In this document: in pieces, positions 26,281 to 33,359 of the stretch
Layout: every line of letters starts with the position of its first letter
Position numbering within the stretch: position 1 is the stretch's first letter
Virus record (IMG/VR): IMGVR_UViG_3300028797_000009
Coordinates: 1-64,000 of that record
Reading direction: 5' to 3' (one strand)
DNA length: 64,000 nt
Source of the DNA: a virus
Taxonomy: Duplodnaviria > Heunggongvirae > Uroviricota > Caudoviricetes
Notes under the pieces: generated by a model
The model's input: only the letters and a program-made list of their open reading frames with translations
Databases searched by the model: none
Told to the model about the DNA's origin: nothing
Program-made: the position numbers and the translations under genes

Positions 26281-26612
26281 CAAGTTATGAATTTGAATAT
26301 GCACTAGTATATATAGCCGAGCAAATTATTAAAACATTTGGGAAGGATGTCGGGGTGCAAGTGTTGAAGCAAAAACCAGCTGAGCCACTTTTCAAGGATG
26401 AGAAAATCAGGGAAGCAGTTAAGAATTGGGTATTAACAAATTATAAAAACCACATGATTATTGAATTTGATAGCAATATGAATGGATTTTATATGTTCTT
26501 GGATAATACTGATTTAAGTTTATGTGGTATTACATTCCAACCAGATATTGAGTTAGGTTTAGAAGAAAGAGAATACACCTTCGCCGAACTCTGTGGGGAG
26601 TCAGAGCAATGA
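26277..26612 (+). CDS. hypothetical protein
   Basis: 111 aa; ends ...ELCGESEQ*. Confidence 0.4.
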   Translation: MTSYEFEYALVYIAEQIIKTFGKDVGVQVLKQKPAEPLFKDEKIREAVKNWVLTNYKNHMIIEFDSNMNGFYMFLDNTDLSLCGITFQPDIELGLEEREYTFAELCGESEQ

Positions 26613-26845
26613 ATATAATAAATAGAGTAGCAGATTTTGCAGATAGTGTTGTCAAAAATGCAAAAGACCAACAGAGTCATGTTCGGCTAATATTAGATGA
26701 TACTTCAAGAGAACATTATATTCACGAAGATTATGTAAAGAAAGTTTTGATGGAGATGTTGGCTATTGAATTATTGAGTGTTAAAAGGGAATCAACAGAG
26801 CGACTTATAAATAAGATTAGAGAACTCTGCGGGGAGGAGGAATGA
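26609..26845 (+). CDS. hypothetical protein
   Basis: 78 aa; ends ...RELCGEEE*. Confidence 0.4.
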   Translation: MNIINRVADFADSVVKNAKDQQSHVRLILDDTSREHYIHEDYVKKVLMEMLAIELLSVKRESTERLINKIRELCGEEE

Positions 26846-27204
26846 GCAAAAAAGTAGAAATGTATAAATGCGATGGCTGTGGGCATCCTTACCCAACGGA
26901 ATATGATGCAAAACGCTGTGAGTTTGAACACCAAAAACTTGACTTTGCGAATTATATGTTAGAACAAGGTGCAAATCTTGGTTACATCAAATATGAAACA
27001 GCTACGCTCCATGATTTACCTGATGAATTGAAAGATGTAACGAAAGATACGCTCTTTAAGATTAGTTATTTGCAATGTAATGATGGCTATGTGTATAGAG
27101 TAATTAGTATAAAATACAGTGGTGTCGAAGTCCAAAACTCAGAAGATTATTACAAAGCTACAGTTAAATACACGGAATTAGTCAGGGGGATGGAGAAGAA
27201 ATGA
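26842..27204 (+). CDS. hypothetical zinc-ribbon protein
   Basis: 120 aa; CDGCGHPYPTEYDAKRCEFEH. Confidence 0.4.
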   Translation: MSKKVEMYKCDGCGHPYPTEYDAKRCEFEHQKLDFANYMLEQGANLGYIKYETATLHDLPDELKDVTKDTLFKISYLQCNDGYVYRVISIKYSGVEVQNSEDYYKATVKYTELVRGMEKK

Positions 27205-27401
27205 GTATTAATACAGTTATTAGGCATCACAACAATATATTAAAAGATGCTAAAGAATCTGTTGAAGAGGCAATTAGGTGTGTTAAGCATGCAAAAGATT
27301 ATCGTTGGGAAGAGGGTTTTTATCCGTACGATGCCATTATAGGAGAGTGTGAAATTGTTATCCAACGTATAAACGAACTCTGCGGGGAGGAGGAAGAATG
27401 A
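27201..27401 (+). CDS. hypothetical protein
   Basis: 66 aa; ends ...NELCGEEEE*. Confidence 0.4.
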   Translation: MSINTVIRHHNNILKDAKESVEEAIRCVKHAKDYRWEEGFYPYDAIIGECEIVIQRINELCGEEEE

Positions 27402-27580
27402 AGAAGCCTAAAATCTTTAATGAGTGGTTTGATATGGTCTATCCTGTTTCAGAATGGGGTGAATATGAAACCTCTGAAATTTGGAGTGAAGAAGAACGTG
27501 ATAAATGTTACGATTTCTTGGAAGAATTATTGAAGGTCGAGAATTTAGACGAACATTGTGGAGAGGAGGGAGAAGAATGA
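27398..27580 (+). CDS. hypothetical protein
   Basis: 60 aa; ends ...EHCGEEGEE*. Confidence 0.35.
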   Translation: MKKPKIFNEWFDMVYPVSEWGEYETSEIWSEEERDKCYDFLEELLKVENLDEHCGEEGEE

Positions 27581-27744
27581 TTTATAGAAGTAGTAAGCGT
27601 GAGTTCGATGCTGGAGTGTTAGTATTAGTCGGTTTGATTATTTTTACAGCCATTATCTGTGTTACGACAATTGTATCACGCTCCGCTGATTATAAACATA
27701 TCGAAAAGATGGAACAGATTAAAACTTGTAAGGAGGAAGAATGA
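27577..27744 (+). CDS. small membrane protein
   Basis: In-frame part of ORF 27505..27744: MIYRSSKREFDAGVLVLVGLIIFTAIICVTTIV..., ends ...KTCKEEE*. Confidence 0.35.
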   Translation: MIYRSSKREFDAGVLVLVGLIIFTAIICVTTIVSRSADYKHIEKMEQIKTCKEEE

Positions 27745-27908
27745 AACCTACTAAACGAGCAAAATATTATATCGCAGGGTATAAGGATGGATTTTGGCAA
27801 GGGTATCATTACGCTATTAGCAAGCTTATTGATGGCAATGATGCAGACGAGATGGCAACTGAGAAAACTAAACACATAACTGATTTTAAGCTGAAGGAAA
27901 AAGAATGA
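27741..27908 (+). CDS. hypothetical protein
   Basis: 55 aa (below the track cutoff): MKPTKRAKYYIAGYKDGFWQGYHYAISKLIDGNDADEMATEKTKHITDFKLKEKE. Confidence 0.3.
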   Translation: MKPTKRAKYYIAGYKDGFWQGYHYAISKLIDGNDADEMATEKTKHITDFKLKEKE

Positions 27909-28306
27909 GAGAACAAAAGTTTAGGGTGTGGGATAAAGACCTCGCTAAATATCTTGAAGGATGCGAAATTGACGGCCTGATGGCCGAACTTTCCTCTGAA
28001 GGTGATGGTAGAGGTATAGTTATTAAACAGATATGTCCTGCTCGCTATAAATTTGAGCAATACACAGGTCTAAAAGACAAGAATGAAAAAGAGATATATG
28101 ATGGGGATATTGTAGAGGCACGCTGGTATAGAGCAAAACACGCACGATTCGATACGAAAGGTAAAGTCAAGTTTAGCGAAGGTTGGTTCTATATAGATGA
28201 TGACCCAGACGGAGATGATAGCCTTGGTGTGCCGATTCATAACTGTTATAACATTAAGGTTATCGGTAATGTACACGAAAACCCTGAACTATTGGAGGAA
28301 GAATGA
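27905..28306 (+). CDS. YopX-family protein (paralog 1)
   Basis: 133 aa. KFRVWDK...YTGLKDKNEKEIYDGDIVE...VIGNVHENPELL. Confidence 0.6.
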   Translation: MREQKFRVWDKDLAKYLEGCEIDGLMAELSSEGDGRGIVIKQICPARYKFEQYTGLKDKNEKEIYDGDIVEARWYRAKHARFDTKGKVKFSEGWFYIDDDPDGDDSLGVPIHNCYNIKVIGNVHENPELLEEE

Positions 28307-28608
28307 GTAAGTATGGAAAATGCCATTGTCAAGGTGTAAATTTTGGCTCGTATGGGAATCAAGTTAGTATGAGGCATCCATCTGGGGAATGGGTGTGTAT
28401 TGATTGTTGTATTGCAACAGAAATAGCTGACTTATGGCATGAAGGTGTAAATACTTTAGGAAGCTGTTGTGGGCATAGGAAGCTCGCCCCTACTGTCGTG
28501 GTGGCTAAGGAAAGCTATCAGAAGATGACAGAATTAGGCTATCAGAGCAAAACTAATAAATTCGGGGTAGTTGAGTGGCAACTAAAAACTAAATGGGGTA
28601 AAGAATGA
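28303..28608 (+). CDS. Cys-rich hypothetical protein
   Basis: 101 aa with 9 Cys: CHCQG..CIDCC..CCGH. Confidence 0.4.
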   Translation: MSKYGKCHCQGVNFGSYGNQVSMRHPSGEWVCIDCCIATEIADLWHEGVNTLGSCCGHRKLAPTVVVAKESYQKMTELGYQSKTNKFGVVEWQLKTKWGKE

Positions 28609-29042
28609 GAAGTTTGAAGTTTAGAGCATGGGATAAAGTCACAAAGAGATATTGGAATGTTGGTGGGCTTGGTTTTGAAAAAGATAGGCTTATCGAGGTG
28701 TATCTTGATAATTATCCTACAACTTTAGAGGGTAATGAAGATTGTAAAAAACCAGACGAGGTTATTCTCGAGCAATATATAGGCCTGAAAGATAAGGATG
28801 GTAATGAGATATACGAGGGGGATATAGTGCAAATAGATAGTATAGATGAACTGAGGGTGGGTTTTGTCGACCTATTATATGACCAGTATTGTATTGTATA
28901 TGGCGAGGATGATGAGGGGCGTAAAATCGTGGCTGAGTTTTATTACTATTCTAAGCCAGAGGAAAATTGTAAGGTTATCGGTAACATTAATGAAAATCCT
29001 GAGTTATTGGAGGGCGAGAATGAGCAAAAAAACAGAGGATGA
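28605..29042 (+). CDS. YopX-family protein (paralog 2)
   Basis: 145 aa. LKFRAWDK...YIGLKDKDGNEIYEGDIVQ...VIGNINENPELL. Confidence 0.6.
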   Translation: MRSLKFRAWDKVTKRYWNVGGLGFEKDRLIEVYLDNYPTTLEGNEDCKKPDEVILEQYIGLKDKDGNEIYEGDIVQIDSIDELRVGFVDLLYDQYCIVYGEDDEGRKIVAEFYYYSKPEENCKVIGNINENPELLEGENEQKNRG

Positions 29043-29349
29043 AAAAGCAATTGATGATTTTGTGGAATTGCTAAAAAATATGGTTGAAATTCCTGGCAAG
29101 AGAACTGTGATGATTGATGGTCGCTGGTTTGAGATTGACACTAATTTCGACCCTCCACTTGTTAAAGAATTGGAGGAAGATATTCCTTCGCCATATTGTG
29201 ATGTCTGTGGACATTGTGGGGAGATTGGTTGCTGTGGGGTTTCGTGTTTTTTGGAAAACCACGTTAGAGGAAAGACTAATTGTAGATATGAAGATGAGAT
29301 TATAGATGAAATTGAAGAGTGGTTTGATATGGAGAAGGAGGAAAAATAA
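29020..29349 (+). CDS. Cys-rich hypothetical protein
   Basis: In-frame part of ORF 28864..29349; the ATG at 29020 follows a ggagggcgagaATG RBS. Contains CDVCGHCGEIGCCGVSC. Confidence 0.4.
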   Translation: MSKKTEDEKAIDDFVELLKNMVEIPGKRTVMIDGRWFEIDTNFDPPLVKELEEDIPSPYCDVCGHCGEIGCCGVSCFLENHVRGKTNCRYEDEIIDEIEEWFDMEKEEK

Positions 29350-29430
29350 CTTATATTAATGCTCGAAAGAGTATATTGTCGATTGACAGTATAAATAAAA
29401 AATAGTACCATTGAAAAGAAGGAGATATGA

Positions 29431-30333
29431 ATGAGTAAGAAGAAAAACAAATTTCTAAAACATTTTATGTTTTCGCCAATCGTGGATAAGAAAAGGCCAG
29501 GCGATTTTGATGGCGATATGACTACTTATGAGATGTACGAGGAGGCAAGGGAAAAATCTTTTGGCAGGGTTGTTAGAACTTATGTAGAACTTGTCGCATT
29601 GCTTATTGTAGTTATTATTGTATTGACGGGTTCTTGGTTCACTGTTGGTGCTGGTGAGATTGGTGTAGTCACAAGGTTTGGCGAAGTCCAACGAATCGCC
29701 GAGTCTGGTTTCAATTTTAAGTTGCCATTGGTTGATTCTGTGGTGATTATGGAAACACGTATCCAGAAAGAAGAAGTAAAATCTTCGGCGGTAACGAAGG
29801 ATTTGCAGGATGCAGAAGTCACCTTAGCGTTGAATTATTCGATTGATAAAGAAACTGCGTTGAAGTTGTATAAAGAAGTAGGTATTAATTATAAAGATAA
29901 TATTATTAATCCTGTCCTTCACGAATCAGTAAAAGCAGGGACGGCACAATATACAGCCGAAGGCTTAATTACTAGTCGTTCAGAGGTAAAAGAGAAGATT
30001 TTGGAAGTAGTTAAAAATCGTCTCGAAGGTTATGGAATTGTAATTTCTGATTTGAATATTACAAACCTAAATTTCTCTGATGCTTTTAATTCTGCAATTG
30101 AGGAAAAAGCAGTCGCTCAACAACAAGTTGAAAAAGCAAAACAGGATTTGGAAAAGGTAAAGATTGAGGCAGAACAGAAGATTGCGAAAGCCCAAGCAGA
30201 AGCCGAAGCACAACGGCTACAGCAACAAACGCTCACCGAACTAATGATTAAAAAAATGTGGATTGAGAAATGGAACGGTGAGTTGCCAAAAACTAGTGCA
30301 GGGGATTCTCAGTTTTTAATCGACCTCAACTAG
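29431..30333 (+). CDS. SPFH/band-7 (prohibitin/HflKC-like) membrane protein
   Basis: 300 aa. N-terminal TM VELVALLIVVIIVLTGSWF, band-7 core GEIGVVTRFGEVQRIAESGFNFKLPLVDSV, then a long Ala/Gln/Glu-rich coiled coil. Confidence 0.65.
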   Translation: MSKKKNKFLKHFMFSPIVDKKRPGDFDGDMTTYEMYEEAREKSFGRVVRTYVELVALLIVVIIVLTGSWFTVGAGEIGVVTRFGEVQRIAESGFNFKLPLVDSVVIMETRIQKEEVKSSAVTKDLQDAEVTLALNYSIDKETALKLYKEVGINYKDNIINPVLHESVKAGTAQYTAEGLITSRSEVKEKILEVVKNRLEGYGIVISDLNITNLNFSDAFNSAIEEKAVAQQQVEKAKQDLEKVKIEAEQKIAKAQAEAEAQRLQQQTLTELMIKKMWIEKWNGELPKTSAGDSQFLIDLN

Positions 30334-30376
30334 TATAATTGAATAAGAAGCCAAAAAAATAAAGGAGGGGTTATTT

Positions 30377-30592
30377 ATGGTTTGGTTCAGTTCAATAACG
30401 ACCGAGAAGATTGATAGTAAGGAACTTTACGACAGTCTAGAACGCTTTGGGATTAGCGTCACCGACATTGGAACTATGGTTTATGTTCATGGCGATGTTG
30501 AGTTAAAAAATGTTCCGTGCGTGGTAGAAATCTGCATGAAACATGGGTTGAAAGAATTTGAACTTAACAAGAGTAAAGAAAAAAGGGCTTAG
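30377..30592 (+). CDS. hypothetical protein
   Basis: 71-aa ORF with an aaaggagggg RBS. Confidence 0.4.
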   Translation: MVWFSSITTEKIDSKELYDSLERFGISVTDIGTMVYVHGDVELKNVPCVVEICMKHGLKEFELNKSKEKRA

Positions 30593-30595
30593 CAC

Positions 30596-30630
30596 ATTAT
30601 GGACCCCTCTTCGTGAGGGGTTTTTCTTGG
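30596..30630 (+). terminator. rho-independent terminator
   Basis: acccctcttcgtgaggggt followed by a T-tract. Confidence 0.6.
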
Positions 30631-30657
30631 GTATAAATAGTGTATAATGAAAATCAT

Positions 30658-30734
30658 CAGGGAGTAGAAAAGTTGGAGTTTTCGCCTCGCCTGGAACGAG
30701 GAGGTCGCAAGTTCAAGTCTTGCCTCCCTGACCA
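30658..30734 (+). tRNA. tRNA, anticodon TGG (Pro-like), atypical anticodon loop
   Basis: Hand fold: acceptor cagggag/ctccctg, A73, CCA encoded; D stem gaaa/tttc; anticodon stem cctcg/cgagg with loop cctggaa; T arm gcaag-ttcaagt-cttgc. C33 and A37 are unusual for tRNA-Pro. Confidence 0.55.
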
Positions 30735-30743
30735 ATATAGATT

Positions 30744-30820
30744 GGCTCGCTAGCCCAACTGGTAGAGGCATATGTCTTAGGAACATATTAGTCAGAGTTC
30801 GAATCTCTGGTGAGCCACCA
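30744..30820 (+). tRNA. tRNA, anticodon TAG (Leu-reading) with a short (class-I-like) variable arm
   Basis: Acceptor ggctcgc/gtgagcc (one G-U), A73, CCA; anticodon stem tatgt/acata, loop cttagga (U33, UAG, G37); variable region only ~5 nt; T arm cagag-ttcgaat-ctctg. Confidence 0.5.
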
Positions 30821-30824
30821 ATAT

Positions 30825-30899
30825 TGGCTAGTAGCTCAATGGTAGAGCATTCGGCTGTTAACCGAAGGGTTACAGGTTCGACCCCTGTCTAGCCAGCCA
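30825..30899 (+). tRNA. tRNA-Asn (GTT)
   Basis: Acceptor tggctag/ctagcca, G73, CCA; D arm gctc-aatggta-gagc; anticodon stem ttcgg/ccgaa, loop ctgttaa; T arm acagg-ttcgacc-cctgt. Confidence 0.7.
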
Positions 30900-30973
30900 A
30901 GGTTCCTAGTTCAATGGTAGAATGAAAGTCTCCAAAACTTTTGATGGTAGTTCGAATCTATCGGAGCCTGCCA
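30900..30973 (+). tRNA. tRNA-Trp (CCA)
   Basis: Acceptor aggttcc/ggagcct (one G-U), G73, CCA; anticodon stem aaagt/acttt, loop ctccaaa; T arm atggt? then agttcgaatct. Confidence 0.6.
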
Positions 30974-31006
30974 TATTAGAAAATTTGTGGTATAATCTAT
31001 TGAAGC

Positions 31007-31251
31007 CTCCGAGCCTAGTGGAATATTACACAAGTAAATCGGCAGAGTATAATGGGATGTTAACTGATGGCTCTAATACCAGAGGACTCTGCACCGTGAT
31101 ATAATATCTGTACAGACCTGCGGACAATAAGACGGGAATAATCTGTGCTAGGAGTGGCGACCTAGTAAAATAAATTCGCCTCATGATAAGAACACAGCGG
31201 GCTGACGTTAGTCTTGGTCCACCAGATAGTAGGGCTTGCCCCTACTTTTTT
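31007..31251 (+). ncRNA. candidate structured ncRNA downstream of the tRNA array
   Basis: Starts after a gtggtataatc promoter-like box. About 245 nt, GC-richer than the flanks, with several hairpins (ctaggagtggcgacctag; ggcga..tcgcc). Ends in gtagggcttgcccctac followed by a T-run. The only ORF (30922..31104) overlaps tRNA-Trp and looks spurious. Confidence 0.3.
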
Positions 31252-31301
31252 ATTGTGCTATGATGAAAGAGCATATTAACAATTAAATAAAAGGAGTTTT
31301 T

Positions 31302-31772
31302 ATGGAAGAAAATAAAGCCCAAGAGGCCCTAAAAGAATCCACAAAAATTGAAACCGTAGATTCGGTTGAATATAAATGTTATCTTATCTTGGGAAGTAGC
31401 CCAATCCATTCAAGTCAGAGGATTGATATCACAGAGTCTATCCCAGATGAATTAATCGAAGAATATTATGGATATACTCCTGGCGAGAATAAAACGCTAG
31501 ATGGTATCTCTGCTTCGGTTATTGGGGTAGAAGAAACAATCTCATATGATGACGAAAATGGTGAACATCTAGAATTGCCATTAGCAAATCCAATGGGGAT
31601 TTTTGTGTCAATTCAGCAGAAAATTAATACTGCCCTGCAAGCATCCATCGTGAACGAGAGGCAACTAAATGCCTTAATCTGTATTATTGATGGTATTTTT
31701 AAGCAATGCGAATATGAGAGGCAATTAGGGGTAGAGTCGGCAATCAAAAGTGCAAGTAAAAAATCCTCTTGA
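31302..31772 (+). CDS. hypothetical protein
   Basis: 156-aa ORF with an aaaaggag RBS. Confidence 0.5.
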   Translation: MEENKAQEALKESTKIETVDSVEYKCYLILGSSPIHSSQRIDITESIPDELIEEYYGYTPGENKTLDGISASVIGVEETISYDDENGEHLELPLANPMGIFVSIQQKINTALQASIVNERQLNALICIIDGIFKQCEYERQLGVESAIKSASKKSS

Positions 31773-31811
31773 TTTTTTGAAAGTTTTGATTTAGAATGAA
31801 AATATAGTTCT

Positions 31812-32044
31812 TTTATACCTTCATCAAAGGGGAGGGCGGTGTGATAACGGCTATATAGACGACGGTTGAAAGTAGTAAAGCCACACCACGTCGTGTAACT
31901 TATAAAGACTTGCGCAGGTTTTTATAATACGGTGGAGATAGTCCCTGAATAGCAACTTCTCATCTGGGGTGAAAAGCCCAAAGAAGAACTATATAACCAC
32001 CATTCGTGCTTTATCTTTCCGGAAGCAAGAGTGGTGGTTTTTTG
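31812..32044 (+). promoter_or_regulatory. structured 5' leader with intrinsic terminator (riboswitch- or attenuator-like) upstream of the GT2 gene
   Basis: Promoter ttgattttttgaaagttttgatttagaatg at ~31775-31805. Then about 230 nt with no credible ORF, hairpins (acgacg..cgtcgt), and a long terminal stem aaccaccattcgtgc...gcaagagtggtggtt followed by a T-run ending 14 nt before the GT2 start. Confidence 0.35.
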
Positions 32045-32058
32045 ATATAATTTTAACG

Positions 32059-32697
32059 ATGAATAAACTTTCAATTATAATTCCTCACTACAATACTCCG
32101 AAGTTGCTGATGGTGCTATTAGACAACTTGGTGGAGCAACAGAAGAAATTCCCGCAAACAGAAATTATTGTGGTGGATGATGGTTCTACATTTGGCGTGG
32201 GATGGTTAGGAAGATATAAAACGGTCAGAGTTATAAAACAAAGAAATCAAGGGGTTTCGTCTGCAAGAAATCGAGGATTGAAGTTTGCCGAGGGCAACTA
32301 TATTACTTTTATCGATTCTGATGATAATGTGGTAGATGATTATCTAGAAAAGATTTATAGAGAGATTAATAAAGGTGGCTGGGATTATATGTATTTTAAG
32401 TTCTGGCTATGTGATAAGGGCGAGCAAAGGCCGTGTAAGTTTCGGGACCAATTATTGAAAAATTATACTTGTTGGGGGTATGTCTATACTCGAAGGTGTA
32501 TAAATGGGGAAAGGTTTAACACTAACTTAAATGTTGGGGAAGATACGGATTGGCTTCATAGGGTATTAGTGGGGAAGAAGTGCCATTTCTTGGATGATTT
32601 TCTTTACTACTATCAATGGGATGCCAATAGAGAAAGCCTCTGTAAAAGGTTTAGGAGAGGCGAAATCGGCAAATATAAGGTTCCCCCTACTAGTTAA
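32059..32697 (+). CDS. Family-2 glycosyltransferase (GT-A)
   Basis: Start MNKLSIIIPHYNTPKLL (ORF track 31969 extended 5'). IIVVDDGST, then DxD-like FIDSDDNVV; classic GT2 N-terminal half. Confidence 0.65.
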   Translation: MNKLSIIIPHYNTPKLLMVLLDNLVEQQKKFPQTEIIVVDDGSTFGVGWLGRYKTVRVIKQRNQGVSSARNRGLKFAEGNYITFIDSDDNVVDDYLEKIYREINKGGWDYMYFKFWLCDKGEQRPCKFRDQLLKNYTCWGYVYTRRCINGERFNTNLNVGEDTDWLHRVLVGKKCHFLDDFLYYYQWDANRESLCKRFRRGEIGKYKVPPTS

Positions 32698-32855
32698 ATA
32701 GGTCGAGTTGATAATTATATCGTCTTTGGTTCTAAATCCTGTCAGAACGTAAAATAAGGGGGTTAGACGGGATTTTTTGGTGCTTTCAAATACGGGGATG
32801 ATATGAAGCCGATATGAAGGGGGGATATGAAGCAATATGATAGAATGAAACTGTT

Positions 32856-33353
32856 ATGGCAGAATATGATAGGAGATATATAGAGTGGCTAAAAACGCAG
32901 GACCCAGCCACGCTAACTCCAGAAGAACGCAGGTTGCGAAACTTGAAGCCAACAAAAGATGGTGAGGTGAGAAATCCTGTCGGAGGTAAAAAAGGTGTCC
33001 AGCATTGGTCGTCCTATTTTAGAAAATTTATGGATGACGAAGATTTTTTTAAGACATTTGTTAAGAGTGTTCCAAAAGAATGGGAACAGTTGATACAGGG
33101 TTCATCTGGCAAGGCGATAGCCGCCGCTTTGGTCGCTAGTACTTCGGTAAAATGTATGAAAGCGATTGCCGAAGGTAAAGAGGTTGATAAAGACACGAGG
33201 GAGATGATTGCTCTTATAAACAAAATTGGCTATGGTGATAAAGTCGTGTTCGAGGCAGATGACGGTTTCTTTAATAAGACTAATCTGACATTTAATGTCC
33301 TTCCTGATAGAGAAGATAAGTCAGAAAGCGAAGAAGATAAATCAGAAGAGTAG
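32856..33353 (+). CDS. terS: Terminase small subunit (putative)
   Basis: 165 aa directly upstream of terL; basic N-terminus with an HTH-like region; acidic Ser/Glu-rich tail. Confidence 0.5.
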   Translation: MAEYDRRYIEWLKTQDPATLTPEERRLRNLKPTKDGEVRNPVGGKKGVQHWSSYFRKFMDDEDFFKTFVKSVPKEWEQLIQGSSGKAIAAALVASTSVKCMKAIAEGKEVDKDTREMIALINKIGYGDKVVFEADDGFFNKTNLTFNVLPDREDKSESEEDKSEE

Positions 33354-33359
33354 GTTTTA

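Noticed and set aside
30589-30786. 65-aa minus-strand ORF
   Set aside because: It lies entirely across the Pro-like and Leu-like tRNA genes on the opposite strand. It has no RBS, and tRNA sequences are a common source of spurious ORFs.
30922-31104. 60-aa plus-strand ORF
   Set aside because: It starts inside tRNA-Trp and runs into the GC-rich structured region; no RBS. I interpret the region as non-coding RNA.
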